Source of the DNA: Camelus dromedarius
Taxonomy: Eukaryota
Assembly (NCBI RefSeq): GCF_036321535.1
Contig: NC_087436.1
Coordinates: forward strand, 91,514,001 to 91,578,000
Direction: 5' to 3'
DNA length: 64,000 nt
This document shows positions 36,745 to 50,437 of the stretch, piece by piece. The position numbers and the translations under genes were made by a program. Positions within the stretch are counted from its first letter, which is position 1; each line of letters opens with the position of its first letter. Below the pieces are notes generated by a model, which was given only the letters and a program-made list of their open reading frames with translations, was not told the DNA's origin and searched no databases.

Positions 36745-37480
36745 TGTTTGTTTAAAAATGCCATTGATTCTCCCTTGCTCTTAGCTGGTCAGAGAATTTA
36801 GCTGGTTGAAATTTATCCGGTAATGGAATTCTACATAGAAAGTTACTTACCCTTATCATTATTATGATGTTATTTTATTGTCTTCTGACATCCAAAATGG
36901 ATGGGAAATCTGCTTCTAATCTAATTGACATTTCTTGGTTGGGAATCTGTTTTTTTTTGTTTGTTTATTCTTTTTACATTTATTGCTTTGTAATTTTATT
37001 AAGATGTGCTCATGTTGGACAAGTTTTATTTTTCCACTTTGGGGCTGGAATAATTCTTAAATTTGTTTTCAGTTCTTGAACACTCTTAGTCATTACCCTA
37101 TCCCAATTTTCTCTGTCCTCCTTCTCAAAATCCTATTAGCTACATGCTGCAATATTTCATTCTAGCTACCAAAGCTCTTGGCTATTATATTGCATCTTAT
37201 ATTTTTTAAAAAACCACTGGATTATCCAATTCATAAATTCTCTCTCATGTTTGTCTTTTCTGATATCAAATCCATTTACTATTTTTTTAATTTTAATGAC
37301 TATATACTTATATTTCTAGACCCTTTTCAAATCTTTCAGCTTAAAATCATTTTTCAGACTGTTCAATTATTTTCTATTCTAGGGATGTTAATCCTCTCAT
37401 TTGTTGTATCTTTGGACTCTTACTTCTAGGTTTTTTGCATGGTTTAATTTTTGATGGTGATTTCATCTTCAGATGTGTGT
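36745..37480 (-). mobile_element. Old L1M/HAL1 ORF1-like fragment
   Basis: T-rich reverse ORF1-type sequence: ttattttattgtcttctgacatcc...gaaatctgcttctaatctaattg. Confidence 0.55.
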
Positions 37481-38524
37481 TTTTTTTTTAATTAATGCAA
37501 GTTCTATCAACCTGAGTTTAATAATAACCAGTAAAGAATCATTTTGTCATCATAGAATTGAAGACAAAACCAATAAGCAAGCTTAGAAAGAATAAGAATT
37601 AAATGGACATCTCTTCATGGCCTTAAAGAAATAATCACATTCAATGCTTTTGTTGTTGTTTTTGTTGTATCATCCCTCTCACCGTTCAAATCCCAGGAAA
37701 TACAATCGTGTGACCCTAGTACAAGTTACAGGGGTACCCCCACCCAGAAGAGCACAGAGGCTCAACTGAGATCCCAAGTAAAGTTAAGTGAAACTCAAGG
37801 GGGGAGTATGGCATCAAAAAATGATGCTAAAAAACAAAACAAACAAAAAGAGAACTTTATATTGCTATTCAAGCACATTTTAAGTAATGAGGTCATTGTG
37901 GACAATGATAAAAGGAAAAAATATTCACATCCTCTTAATTCATAATAAGTAGAAGAATCAATATAACTCATATTTATTAGAGAATAAATTTTGGTTGGGG
38001 AAAACAACAGATATCTATTAACTTCCAAGAAAATTTAATATTTCAATAGTCTAATGAGAGGTGATGGTTTCCTGAACAAAAATATCAAGAATTGATCATA
38101 GAAACTGAGCAGATACCAAAAAACTTCCACCAAATATAAGGCTGAGAAAAACATCATTGAAGGGTGATTTGATATAGTTAGAACTGGAGAAAAGGGACCG
38201 ACTGAAGTTGTCTAGGTGTCAAACTGGTATGACATCCAGGATGGAAGATGACTAAGTTATGACACTTAAAAGAAAAAACGATTTTGTTATATTTCTGCAT
38301 GAGTGTGTGTGTGTGTGTGTATGTATAAAAACTTTCATTTTCATGACAGAGATAGAGAAATAGATAGAAAGTAGTAAGTATATGCATAGATTTTGATGGT
38401 GATGGGAATCTGAGTGCATTGTCAGGGAATGAACATTAGATTTGGATGTATTAAAATTTAGATTATTATAGTACATTCATAGGAAATCTAACAGGCATTT
38501 CAGACTGCAAGCTGAGAACTGTCC

Positions 38525-38680
38525 TATCCAATATAATATCCACTAGCCACACATGGCTATTTATATTTCAGATTTGATTCCTCGGTTGCACTAAACTCAT
38601 TTTACTTCAATAGCCATTTGTGACTAGTGGCTACTGTTTTCAACAGTGTAGATAGTATTTCAGAAAGTTTTGTTGGATAT
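38525..38680 (-). mobile_element. MER3-like hAT MITE (internally deleted)
   Basis: tccaatataatatccactagccacacatggctatt...caatagccatttgtgactagtggctactg...cagaaagttttgttgga. Confidence 0.75.
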
Positions 38681-39421
38681 AAAATTAAGGCTAAGGTTCA
38701 GGAGAAAAGATTTAGAAGAAAATTGACAGAGATGTACTTAGAACATAGGAAAATGAGCAAGTGAGGAGTATAGTAAAAGAAAAGAAGAGAGTAAAGAACA
38801 AAACTTTACTGAACGTCTATTTTACATGAGACCAAAAAAAGTCCTTTGTAAAATTATTAAAAAGCAATACATATATTTATTATTTCTCTTATTTATGCTT
38901 AACCGTTGTTAGAGGTAAAGGAGGAGAAGAAATCAGTATTTTTATCAATTTAAATCCAGTGGAAATAGGTGAGAAATAAAATGGAATCAAAGTAAATTTT
39001 TATTTTTAGAAGTCTAATTTTAAAGTTTAAATTCTGTGCTTTTATTAATGATACTCAGAATAGATTCTGAACTCTCCTTTCATTAAAAAAATCTTGAAAT
39101 TTAACAGAGAAAAGGGGTCTGTCTGTGCTTTCAGAGTCTTCCTTTTTTTATGTCCTTCTTTACAATGTCACTAGAGATTTGAGACAAAATCTGCTATTGA
39201 TCTTGGTTTTAATCTAGTGATTAAGAAACTCTATCTTAGAGACCACAAGGCAGCAAGTTTGATTTTCACTTTTCAATGTGATGATTCTTAGATTCTGCAA
39301 CTATTTTTGTATTGGGTAGTTATAAAAATACCAATATGGATTAAATAATTTAATTTAAAAAGTAATATTTTAAGTTTCATTAAGAAATTTTAAAAAATGG
39401 TTTATAGTTCATCAAATGATA

Positions 39422-39650
39422 GTGGAGGGATAAATGGGGAGTTTGGGATTTGCAAATACTAACTACTATATATAAAATAGATAAACAACAAGGTCCTACT
39501 GTATAGCACAGGGAACTATATTCAATATCTTATAATAGCCTATAATGAAAAAGAATATGAAAAGGAATATATACATATGTATAACTGAAACTTTATGCTA
39601 TACACCAGAAATTAGTACATCATAAAATAACTATACTTAAATTTAAAAAA
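39422..39650 (+). mobile_element. Cetartiodactyl-type L1 3' UTR with A tail
   Basis: ggagggataaat...tatatataaaatagataaacaacaaggtcctactgtatagcacagggaactatattcaatatct...tacaccagaaatt...aactatacttaaatttaaaaaa. Confidence 0.9.
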
Positions 39651-42297
39651 GTGTTTTAAAAATAGTTAAGGAAAAGTACTTTCTCAAATAAAGAAAGACT
39701 AAAAAATAAAGCACATAGAAATGATCCAAACATGTGTTTGTGATGTTTGCGCTCCTTTAGTTAGGAGATAAATTTGCATTGCTAAAGCATACTTTTTAAA
39801 TGTACACACAAAAGCTAGAAATTAGAATATAAATTTAAATAGTTGTTAGTTCTGATGCTAAGATGAACAATAGATATGCCCTTAATGGTATTTCCTGTTT
39901 TTTTTCTTCTCTGTCCATCCGTCATCAATGCTAAATATTCAAAGTGTTTGTTGTTGTCGTTGTTTTCTAATGGAGGGGAGGTTACCAAATTGTCATTTAA
40001 GTCTTTTCTATTTCTTTCATTCAATTCCTAGGATGCCGAATCTAGTACTTTTGATTTATTTTGTTTTGTTTTATTTTTCTTTTAAGAGAATGCGTCCTCA
40101 TCTCCTGGACATCCTGGACCTCCTTATGTAAAATGCATGACAAGTCTTTCCTTGGGTTGCGGAGGCTGCCTAAATGCTGCACCAGATGCGGTGTGGTTAT
40201 TGCTGTCAGCCCCATCTATACACAGCTCAGCTGAAATAGTCATGCGTCATAAACTGTCACATTCAGCCAAGACTGACTGTCTCAAAGTGTACATTCACAT
40301 TTTAGATGTGGCCTAATGAGCCAGTTACCTCAACTGCCCATTAGAGTCTTGAGATAAAATAAAGAGAACATAAAAGGCTTTTCCAACTACTGATTCATTT
40401 TCTATATAACAAAATATACGTGTTAACGAGCAAAACATACGTATAGTCATACAGTCCTCCTGATTTGAACAAAAATTGAGACATAAGCTACTTTGACAAT
40501 TTTTGAAGGGATCTTCATATTTTCTTATTCTAACTCTGCTTCCTCTTAAATGTAATTAAGTTAAATTCACCCCGGATTTTTTATGGCTTACTGATGATAA
40601 CTTATGGCTCCAGGATCATAGCCTTTAGCTTCTAGCCTGAGCGAGATTTCGGCTCCTTTGGTGACAGATGTAAGACTGGGAGCACAGCTGTATGGTGCAT
40701 GTTCTCAACAGACATCGGAATTTCCCCGAGTGGCTTTTTGCATTACAGGACACTCATGAACTCTTGACTGATTCTCTTAAATTTAGTTTGTTGACTCTTG
40801 AAGCTAGGCTTAATATTGCTCAATTTATTCTCAGTAATAAAGTTGACTTAATCTATCTCTCCAACACACTTTTATAGCCAGTATTTGACATCAACTCCAC
40901 TTATTTTTTAAAGGAACCAGGGCTCTATTTACAGACATCAGCTTTTAAATTTATCTTAACCAAATATATCTACTTTAAACGGAAATAATATTAATTTCTA
41001 CAATGTCCGAAGTTTCCAGGAGAGTAACACAAATTTCACTGTGGATGCTTAGAAATAGGGCATCTCTGGCTAGCAAAAGTGGTAAGTACTTTGTCAACTC
41101 TTAGTGAAGGATTTAGATCCCCTCGACACTATTCTTGAAAATTCCCTTCTAACGGATGAAAATGATATGCCCCATTTCATTTTCCTACATATCCTTATTT
41201 CCCATTAATTAAATAGCTTAGATTTCTAGGTTTTCTAAATGATGTGTACCATGTTTCATCTAAGTGACCTCAAAGAATCCTCCCCAGGACAGTGGGATAA
41301 TTATATCCAACCTGCAGAACTGTGGTAGTTGAGAGGATTAGTCAGTAGGTTTATAGGCCACTTAACAAAATCCCTGAGGCTATACAGAGGAGCATAGTAA
41401 CTGTCATCTCTCTGTCCTCACCAACGCTCCATTTCAGGGCAGACATACGGTTATGCACAAGTTCATAGGAAACAGGAAACAGCTGCTTTCCTGAACCTCA
41501 CAGCTTATGTCAGTTCACTTCCGGTGATCTGATGGCCTGTAGCCTCCTTCACGGCAGATGCAGTGGTTACCTCCTTTTGTAGTCAGGAACCACCTCCTGT
41601 AACAGAGTCTTAACAAATAAGGGTAATAAAATATGTTCTCATGATTAATCCAAGTAAATTCTCAGAGTGCTTTTGAATATATGTTATATATTCTAACTTG
41701 TAATAACAAGCAAGGCTACGGATAAACACATGAAACAAGGGCTTCTCTTCATCCAGAATGATTGTCATAAATTTCTGTCTCAAGTTTGTTTTCCTTACAG
41801 TCTCATGAGTGTCGTCTGAGACATACCTATTGTGCGAAAAGTGTTAGGACTGAGAAGGTGAGTACAGTACAGCATCCCTCACTCCTCCCCAACAGCACCC
41901 TCACCTGAAGCTGGGGGAGAGTTCATGATCCTTCTCACCTCAGAATTTCAAGCAACCATTAATAATTGTTTGGATCTGTCTTATGTCCTAAAAGATCAAA
42001 ATTGCAGTTGCAAGAGGTGAATCTCCAAATTCTTATCTGCACCATTTCTGCATCAATTTCATTATCTAAGATTAAGACATTGCCACCATTAGTTTCCTTC
42101 CAGTTATGAATCCTCAACTGAATCCCCAAAACACACCTTTAGTTTGGCTAGGCACTTGTCTAAATTGGAATGTATCTTTTTTTATTCAGAACAGTCTCTG
42201 TAAGGCATTAGCCATGGAATAGAAACAATCGAAGACATTCTTGGGTCAGATTTTAGCTTAATAACTCAGCTAATATTTGTTTATCTTACAGTCCTAC

Positions 42298-42679
42298 TGT
42301 ATTAGGTTTCTCCAGAGAAACAGAACTCACAGGAGTTCTGTTTATATATCTGTATCTGTATATATCTATATCTGTATCTATATCTGTATCTATATCTATA
42401 TCATCTATATCTATATCTATATATTCATAAGGGCAGGAGAAGACGGATGTGTCACCTTGAGCATGCAGGCAGGAAGTGAATGAATCCCCCCTTCCTCTGT
42501 TTTTTGTTCTGTTCAGACCCTCAGTGGGTTGGATGGTGCCCATCCACACTGGGGAGGACAATCTACTTTGCTGAGCCCACCGATTTCAATGTTAATCTCA
42601 TCTGGAAAAACCCAGAAATAATGTTTAATTGGAGCACTTCACGGTTCAGTGAAGTTTACACATAAAACTAACCTTCACA
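42298..42679 (-). mobile_element. MLT2 (ERVL) LTR with internal (TATATC/TATCTG)n expansion 42345-42424
   Basis: tgtattaggtttctccagagaaacagaac...ttggatggtgcccatccacactggggagg...caatgttaatctcatctggaa...acacataaaactaaccttcaca. Confidence 0.9.
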
Positions 42680-45180
42680 ACTGTTAAGAGTCCACACTCC
42701 TGGAAACTGGGTCATGTTTTATTGGTAGCTCCATCTAAGAACACAAACATAAATCAGTGGAAATTGAATCAAAACCCTTAATATATTTTCTCAGTTATTC
42801 TTTAATAGGGAATTAATTCAACTAGTACATAGTTCAAGATCACTTAACACTTGGTGAGACTCTTGAGTTACAAAATCTTGCAAAAGACACTTTCCTTTGC
42901 CCACACAGAAACTGGATATTTTGAATGAGAAGATAAATCATATGTACATAAAGTATCTAGTGAAAAGAGCTAGAACAGGGGATGATATGCTTTTGCTATA
43001 TTCTTGATTTTCCTATCTCGTGAAAACAAATAAAGAGAAGATTGCATAAGTCAATTCTATTATAAAAATTTCCTAGGATCTAAAATGTCAAACAGAATGT
43101 CTTATTTTATTAAACTCATTCTGTGATTGATGGTAGTAACTCTTTTATGTATAATCCTCAGAAAGTATTATCTGTCTTGTCCTTAGGCATGGAAAAACTT
43201 ATCAGCTTGTGACTATTTAATAAGAGCTAATCTTTACATTAATTGCATGAATTTTGCTGACAGCTGCATCTTCAGAAGTTAGTGAAAGGACAGGGGTTAG
43301 GGACATACTACATCGAGAAATGCTAGAAATATATTTTGTTAGTGGGACCCTCCTTCCAACTAGTTAGTTTGTCCCTGTGTAAGTTTCTAAGTTTTCTGCT
43401 ATCCTATGTATACTCTGTAGATAAAAACCCTTGTCAGTTCCCTTGGTCTTTGTGATCATTGCCTTCTTGACAGTTCAATAGCTGAAGTCCTCCCTAATTT
43501 CCCACTGAACAAAAATAAAATAAAAAAACCAAAAAGCCAGAAAATTTCATCTATGTCTTTTGACACCTGTACTGATTTTGCAAATGAGTAGCAAAATGAG
43601 AATGAACTTCTTTCATCTGCTCAGCTGACCTACTGATCTACAAGTTCCAGTCCAAGTTAACTCCTTACAAATAGTAGGGTCTCCAAGAGAAAGGTGCAAA
43701 ACTCCTTAACCTCCTCAACTGGCAGGCACCTCTTCTAGTTTTTGGACTATTTGTTTCATTTCTTATTTATGCCTTGAGTACCTCCTCCATGCCAGGCATA
43801 GATGTAGGCAGCACAATTACGGAGCTGAATATGCATGGTGTGGTCTCAGACCCAGGGATTTTATATTTTATCCTATCAGCTATGACGAGTTCACTGAAAG
43901 GGCTCTTTATGAAATTTTCAAATAAATTTAGATAACTTAGATAGAAGTATGAATATGAAATTGGAGTTTGGGCTGAGAGCAGTGCTAACGGCTGATTTTC
44001 AAGGCAGCAGACTAATGAATAGTCTAGGGAAAAAAAATAACTACACCTGAACAGAGGCAGTAGGCTTAGAGACAGAAAAGAGTTATTAAATTTGAGACAT
44101 CTCACAGCTGAATCAATCGGAATTTGGTGATTTCTTAAATATAAGAGATATTGATTATGAGTTTGTAAAACTCAGCCTAAATTTTCAAGAGTAAGCAAAT
44201 ACAATATATTCAAGGACAATAGACCAATTAATTAGCAATCATATGAAAAACAAGTTTAACCTTTTATTGATTGGTAACAATTTTCAGTGGTTTCCTTCAA
44301 AATTTTTGTCTCCAAAACCTGATAACAAGTGCTCAAATCTTTACTATTTGTCTCATCCTCTATGAATAGTAAGGAGGCATTTATTATTGGTGCAAAGTCT
44401 TTGTATATGGGAAGCATAATATGCAGAGATTAGGGTGTCTGGAATCATTACCATTAACTACAGACAAAACGTGAGTGGAATCCAAAGTATGGGACACAGA
44501 CTATAAGGTGCAGTAAGGAAATACTGACACAGAAGAGAGGCAAAAGGGTTAGAAATGGCTGCTGAAACATTTGACTAAAATTAAGTTTTAACAGGACTGT
44601 TCTGAATACAACTACCTCTTTGAGGTAACATTCTAGGACGATGTGGACTTTGATAGCAAATAAACTGAAATATATTCTTTTTTATACTGTTAAGTTTTCA
44701 ACTAATTTTGGTGGTAGATCTTTTCTTGAAACCTGGTGCTATTTATTTGTGTGGGGGGGAGGGGTGTTTCTCGGTGGCCATACTTTTCCTCTGTACTCAA
44801 TATATTTTTATTGTTATTATTCACCAAAGTAATGTTAATAAAAACAACCTTTCAAGTAACGAGTTTATCCAATTGTTTTGCTGACATGGATTTAAAAGGG
44901 GATTGATTTTTGTGGGAGGGACTGGATAAATACCTTTCATTCCTCCCTCTCTGTCACATTTTAATGCGTTCTCGGATCAACTGCAGAAAGGAAATATGAG
45001 CTCCTTCCACAAGAATTTTAACCTGGATAAATAACAGTGGTTTCTAAATAAAAACGAACTGACATTCATTACAGAGCCGCACTCTTATTTATGATTTTTG
45101 GCTTTAGTTCAAAAGGCACATGGCTCACTCCTCCTGGGAAGATGCTGTCTCTCTAAACTGCAGCTCTTATCTTTCTTTAC

Positions 45181-45330
45181 CTGGTGTAGGGGGAGTTGTC
45201 TGTGCTTCGGTTCATTGCAAAACGTGCAGCTCACTCCCATTAACATCTGTTTGAGTCTCTCCTTGCCTTGCTGCTTATCGGGGCTGCCTGGTGTATTTCC
45301 AAGACGAAGAGTCGTCGTTTCCTCTTACTG
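45181..45330 (-). other. Candidate minus-strand (first) exon; 5' boundary unknown
   Basis: CAG|GTAAAG donor after 45181; locally CpG-richer unique sequence; CRE-like TGACGTCT at 45444-45451 lies upstream. Confidence 0.2.
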
Positions 45331-45624
45331 TTCCTTACTGACAGTGAATTTAGGGAGCAACACCTCCAAGGTGCCAAAAGTCCCAGAAACTTTGCCTTTA
45401 AAAAGTTTTAAATGCTAGCTTTAGCAGAATATGATATGCAATGTGACGTCTCAAGATGGAAAATAGTCACTGTGTAACTCTAAGACCCAGTCCCCTGGTG
45501 GTGTACCACAAGGCTTATGTACATTTTCGTGCTCTCTAATGGACACTGGTGAATGGATTGTATTAATCATTCTAGTTAATGGTCTTCATGTACATAGCAT
45601 TTGCCTTGCAATTTTAATTACCTC

Positions 45625-46113
45625 TGGTGGGATTCAGAACACACTACCCTAAACTATGACATGTTGGCATAGTGATTATTTAAAATGAAGGAATTTGAGA
45701 AATGACAGGTGCAGAAAGGACTCTCTGACCTCCCCCTCTCCTCTGAAGTGGATCATAAGAACCCTCTGGTGAGAGACACCCAGATGAAAGAGGCATACTT
45801 CTCTCTGAAGATGGTGAGATGCTGAGAGGAATCTGAATGAACAGGATTTACTAAGATTCCCCTAGTTTATTACCCTTGCTTGGTTCAGATCCTATAATTC
45901 TATCACATATTTTCATGACTTCCTATTTTTTTTTTATCACATTTAATATAAACATGCTCAGGTTAAACCACTTCTTTGGGTCTTCATTTCCTTGAGTTCT
46001 CCTGTGTCACATAAAACTTATATTAAATAAATTTATATGCCAATCCAGTAAATAGGGTCCCAGCCAAAGAACCTAGGAGAGGAATAGGAAAAATAATGTT
46101 TTCCTCCCCTGTA
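45625..46113 (+). mobile_element. MER34-like ERV1 solo LTR
   Basis: tggtgggattcagaacacactaccctaaactatgacatgttggcatagtgattattt...aaataaattt...ttttcctcccctgta; 4-bp TSD CCTC at 45621-45624 and 46114-46117. Confidence 0.85.
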
Positions 46114-46117
46114 CCTC

Positions 46118-46530
46118 ATACTTGGAATCTGAAACAGTTATTGCTTTGACCAACAGATTGAAGCAGAATCTCACCATTTCCAAGATCGGGCCTCCCAAGG
46201 ACTCACACATCTCCATTCTGTCTGTTCAGTCCCTGTCTGTGACATGACGAAAAGCTTGGGCTGGACTCATGAAGAAAGTGGGACCACATGGAGCAGAGAT
46301 GGGAAATCCACGCCAGGGTCTTCTTAAATTGGCAAGCCCTCAGTGGATCTGCAAAGTGCCCACAGACAAATTAATACGTTTAACCAATTTTAACTGAGCC
46401 TGGACCACATCAGCAGCATCACCCAGCTAACCTACTGACCCATAAACAACCATAAATGCTTACTGTCAGATGCCATTGAGGTTTTCTGGTAGATTGTTAC
46501 ACAGCATTGCTGGTAAACGATAGCTCATCA
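46118..46530 (+). mobile_element. MLT1 (MaLR) LTR, probably the host of the MER34-like insertion
   Basis: ttgctttgaccaacag...ccacatggagcagagatg...aaatgcttactgtcagatgccattgaggttt...ttgttacacagcatt. Confidence 0.75.
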
Positions 46531-46934
46531 GGAAACTTAATAATAAATCTTAAATCACATGTCTCCCATGACAGTGTGGGCCTTAAAAAAGTTGACTTTA
46601 CATTTTAAGTCTTGTGCATTAGGGACTCTATTGCTAAGACTTAAACTTCAGCCTTCCTCTATTTTATTTATCTTTAAAAGTCTCGAAGTAAACGCGAGGG
46701 TGGGGCACGGAGAACCCAACATATAATGAGAGTCACTGTTTAGACTCGGGGGTCTCTTGCCTCAGGTGACTGTCCTGGCTTTTGTTGCAGCTTTTGCTTT
46801 CTGGTCTCCAGAGCTGTAGTGTCATGGCTCATGCCCTGCTTTCTCTGCTTTCCCTTCAAGTATTTATTCTGATGCATTATTTTATAGCCATTAACTTTCC
46901 AACAAATGACTACTAGCTAAATCTGAGGAATCAC

Positions 46935-47145
46935 TCCTTGCAGTTGGCATCTGAAATGGAAACTGTCTTGTGGGCTGAGCCCTTAACCTGTGAGGTCTGT
47001 CTAACTCCAGATAGTTACCCAGAAATAAATTAAATTGTAGGACACCCGATCAGTGTCTGCCGAAAAATGGACAGTTGCTTGGTGTGGGAAACCCACACAT
47101 TTGATGACAGAAATTTTCTTAGTAGAGAAACAGATTTCCTTTACC
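46935..47145. mobile_element. MER21-like LTR fragment
   Basis: cttgcagttggcatctgaa...gtcttgtgggctgagcccttaacctgtgaggtctg...taactccag...aattgtaggacacc...ttgcttggtgtgggaaacccacacatttg. Confidence 0.8.
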
Positions 47146-47889
47146 CAAGGTCTCACAAGCTTGTAGAACAAAGAGAGCCAGGAAGCTTCAGCCTTGAAGC
47201 TATTTTAGAATGAAAATAAAATTTTTGATCTCAAAGATGAATAAAATATAATTATTTATGGAGCAAAGAATACTGCATTAGATCTATTTCAGAAGTAGAG
47301 GTTTACTGCATGCTAGAAGTATATCTTAGTGCCTCTCTAGATCTAGAAATTTATTTTTACCAGTTGATTTCGATGGAAAACCTGGAAGTAGGATTTAGTA
47401 CTTGTGCTCTGTTCGAAACAAACCATATGAGAAAGTTTTTCCTTCTGCCTTACACCTTGCTTACCTCTAAGAAAGATTTTCTATTTGATTTGTTTGTAAA
47501 AATTTTATTTTAAAAATTGTCTCAAATTTATCAACAGTTTAAAATATAACTAATAAAATTAAGACAATCTTTTCTTTTGTTTAATTTAAAGAAAATTAAA
47601 TTATCCTCATGAATGGTAGAATTATCTAACCTAGAAAATTATGACCTTTAGGTTTTAAAAGACTTAGAAGCTAAACTTCCATATTATGTCATATATATGT
47701 TAAGAGTTTACATAAAAATTTAAAGGCCAAAAAAGCTGACTGCAGAGTAAGGTCTTCAGTTGCATGATTGCTTTGAGGTTTAATTGGTTCCACAACTTAT
47801 CTTTCTCTAATTGACCTAAGCTGCATAATCAGCCAAAACAAACATAAAACTTCCCCTGTAGATCTGTGTGCTAAAGCCAGCGACGAACT

Positions 47890-48072
47890 GAAGGACAAAC
47901 ATACAGATTTCGTCATTTGCTTCATCTGAAACATTTTAAAATAAATCCTTCATGTATATTTGCTTTTCTTTTAGGTCCAGAAGGACAAACATACAGATTT
48001 CGTCATTTGCTTCAACTGAAACATTTTAAAATAAATCCTTCATGTATATTTGCTTTTCTTTTAGGTCCAGAA
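47890..48072. repeat. 90-bp tandem duplication (2 copies, 1 mismatch)
   Basis: 47890-47979 equals 47980-48069 except T47925/A48015; identity extends 3 bp (GAA) past the unit. Confidence 0.97.
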
Positions 48073-50215
48073 AGTTTACAGAAGATATAATGCTTTACTC
48101 CTAGTACATCTGAACTGAAAAATTATAGAAATAATGATGCTTCAGCAGAAAAATATATAATGAAGATTAACTTTCCAACCACTAGCCATAAAACAGTGTC
48201 ATTAAACTGGACCCTTGCTAATACCATTTACGTGGAGAGGCTGGATAATATATATAATCAATGTGCACTTTATAATGAGGAAAAAAGTTTACTACTAACT
48301 AATACGTTTTCAAAGTAGTAAAAAGTGGAACATAATGAATAACTGCTGAGGTATGGGCATGCTTTACAATTGGAACCCAGGAGCGCTGTGTATTTTTTAG
48401 CTCACAAAAGTCATCTCAGGTATTAACAAACTTAAAACTGCCTTGAATATTTTACACAATCTACATTTATGATTTTTAAATTTCTTTTAAACAAAAACTC
48501 TCTATGTATGATAAAAGAAGAGCTTATAGCAGAAAAAACTGTGCTCAATGAAATAAATTCTAGGACTGTTAAAGACAAAAATGTTCAGATATGTGGGAGA
48601 TTTATTATGTTCTATTTCTAGAGCTTGGAAGAAAGCTCACTAGAAACACTACTGAAAAATGGAAAAAATTTATATCAATGAAAATTGTATAAATTTTTCT
48701 GGTAGAATTTCTGTTATTAACATTTCCAGGCAGCTTGTTCATTTCATAAGCTATAGATTTTAAATTAATACAAATAATTAGACGGGAAAAACTAATTAGA
48801 TTATCATATAATAGAAATTAGTTTTATTTTTGAAATTAATCTATGTTGTAATCTCCATTTATTTATATAGATAATGTGTAATTAAATGATATACAGGTTA
48901 CAGAATTTAAGAATAGAAGTTTCTGGTTCACAGCATTATTTCAAATGTAGACAGATAAATGCAAATATCGATAGATACAGACACAGGTATAGGGTTATCT
49001 ATTTGAAATACTTTATATACACAGTTTATATCTGTGCTGGTAAAAGAACGTTCATGTTTTACTAGGGCTTTCAATGTAAATACATTTCTTGAAACTATAA
49101 AAATATCAAGATATGGATATAAATTAGAATATATTACTATGAATTAGGGTTCAGAGTAATTAATTTACAAAAGGAGAATTTCTCCTTTTAAACTACTTCT
49201 ATTTTTGATCTCCTGATTTATTTTCCCAATGGAAGTGTAGCCACTTTTATGCCTCATTGACAGAAGTGCTTCTCAACCGGATCTTCTATCCAGCTAGGGG
49301 ACGGTATCTCCTCCTCTAAAAGATGGTTTAAGCAAATTACTTTGATATTACTTGACAGACTAGCTGTTGGACTCACTGGTTCACGATCAATTCAGCTAAA
49401 GATCTCAATCAATAGGTATTTCCCAATTTTTTTGTGTGAATAAATGGATATCATTAGGCTGAAGTATCATGAATAAACTGAAATATAATGGCACAACTAA
49501 AGTCACCAGACTTAGTGGAAACCTTAGTGTTATTTATGGTATTTGAAGTATTCTACCTTTAAGAGACCCACTGGCATTTTGGAACAAACTAGACCTCTGT
49601 AATCTTTGTAATCTCTTGAAACAACTATCTGTTCATCAGTTCTAAGAACTGAGCTGTAATTGTAGAACAGGAATATTAATTCCTCTCCCACAGGGTTACC
49701 CAAGAACTACATAAGACTGTCTTAATTAAAACAATATGTAGTATTCATATTTCTCATGCATATCAAGTGTCTACTGTCTTGGGCATAAATTTTAATATTC
49801 AGTAATTTATAGTTACATTATTTCAATACCATCAATTAATAATCACACATCTGATATTTCAAGTATGTGGGAGGTCTGAGAGCAAGAAAGCCAGTTCAGC
49901 ACCACTCACTTCTGCAGGCATTTAGAAAGCAGGATAGCTTCATTAATTTTTCATCATCCAACAACAATTTTCAGCTTCCTCTGGTTTGGGGCCATAGGAA
50001 TACTGGCCTCTTTTTATGACACTGTCAAGTTACTAATTTAGGTGACTCTTCTGTTGTGATAGAGAGGCAGTTCACGGCCGAGGATGCTGACACTGACATA
50101 ACATTCCCTCTCATTACCCATTTGAGAATAAACTTTGTCTGTTTGTTTCCAGGGATTGGTGATATTCAGAATTGCATTTGAATCTACTTTGTGTTATATT
50201 GTTAGGTTTCACATT

Positions 50216-50437
50216 GGCAGTGTGGTGTAGTGAGTAAAAACAAACCTATTGGTCCATCATTTACAGTTTGACTTTAGACAGATGACTTAACTTTTCAGTT
50301 CCACACTTTGCTCATCTCTAAAACAGAGGTAGCACCTTGTAATATTGTTGTAAAGGTCACAGTGGGGTAATATAATTTTTGAATTGCTTAAAATAATGCC
50401 TAATGCTAGTAAACAACTTAAAAGTGTTAATTATTAA
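50216..50437 (+). mobile_element. MIR SINE
   Basis: ggcagtgtggtgtagtg...gactttagacagatgacttaac...ctcatctctaaaacagagg. Confidence 0.75.

Noticed and set aside
42286..42561. ORF with acidic DIDIDT repeat
   Set aside because: Hexanucleotide microsatellite inside an MLT2 LTR
48160..48318. 52-codon ORF (MKINFPTTSHKTVSLNW...) after the duplicated acceptor
   Set aside because: Not recognised, preceded by other ATGs and stops, and of a length expected by chance
49169..49189. 21-bp palindrome aaaaggagaa-t-ttctcctttt (similar AT-rich hairpins near 48664-48698 and 62300-62328)
   Set aside because: Short AT-rich inverted repeats are plausible by chance in 64 kb; bacterial-type terminators do not apply
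49895..49910. TTCAGCACC, left half of a REST/NRSF site
   Set aside because: The right half (GGACAG) is absent
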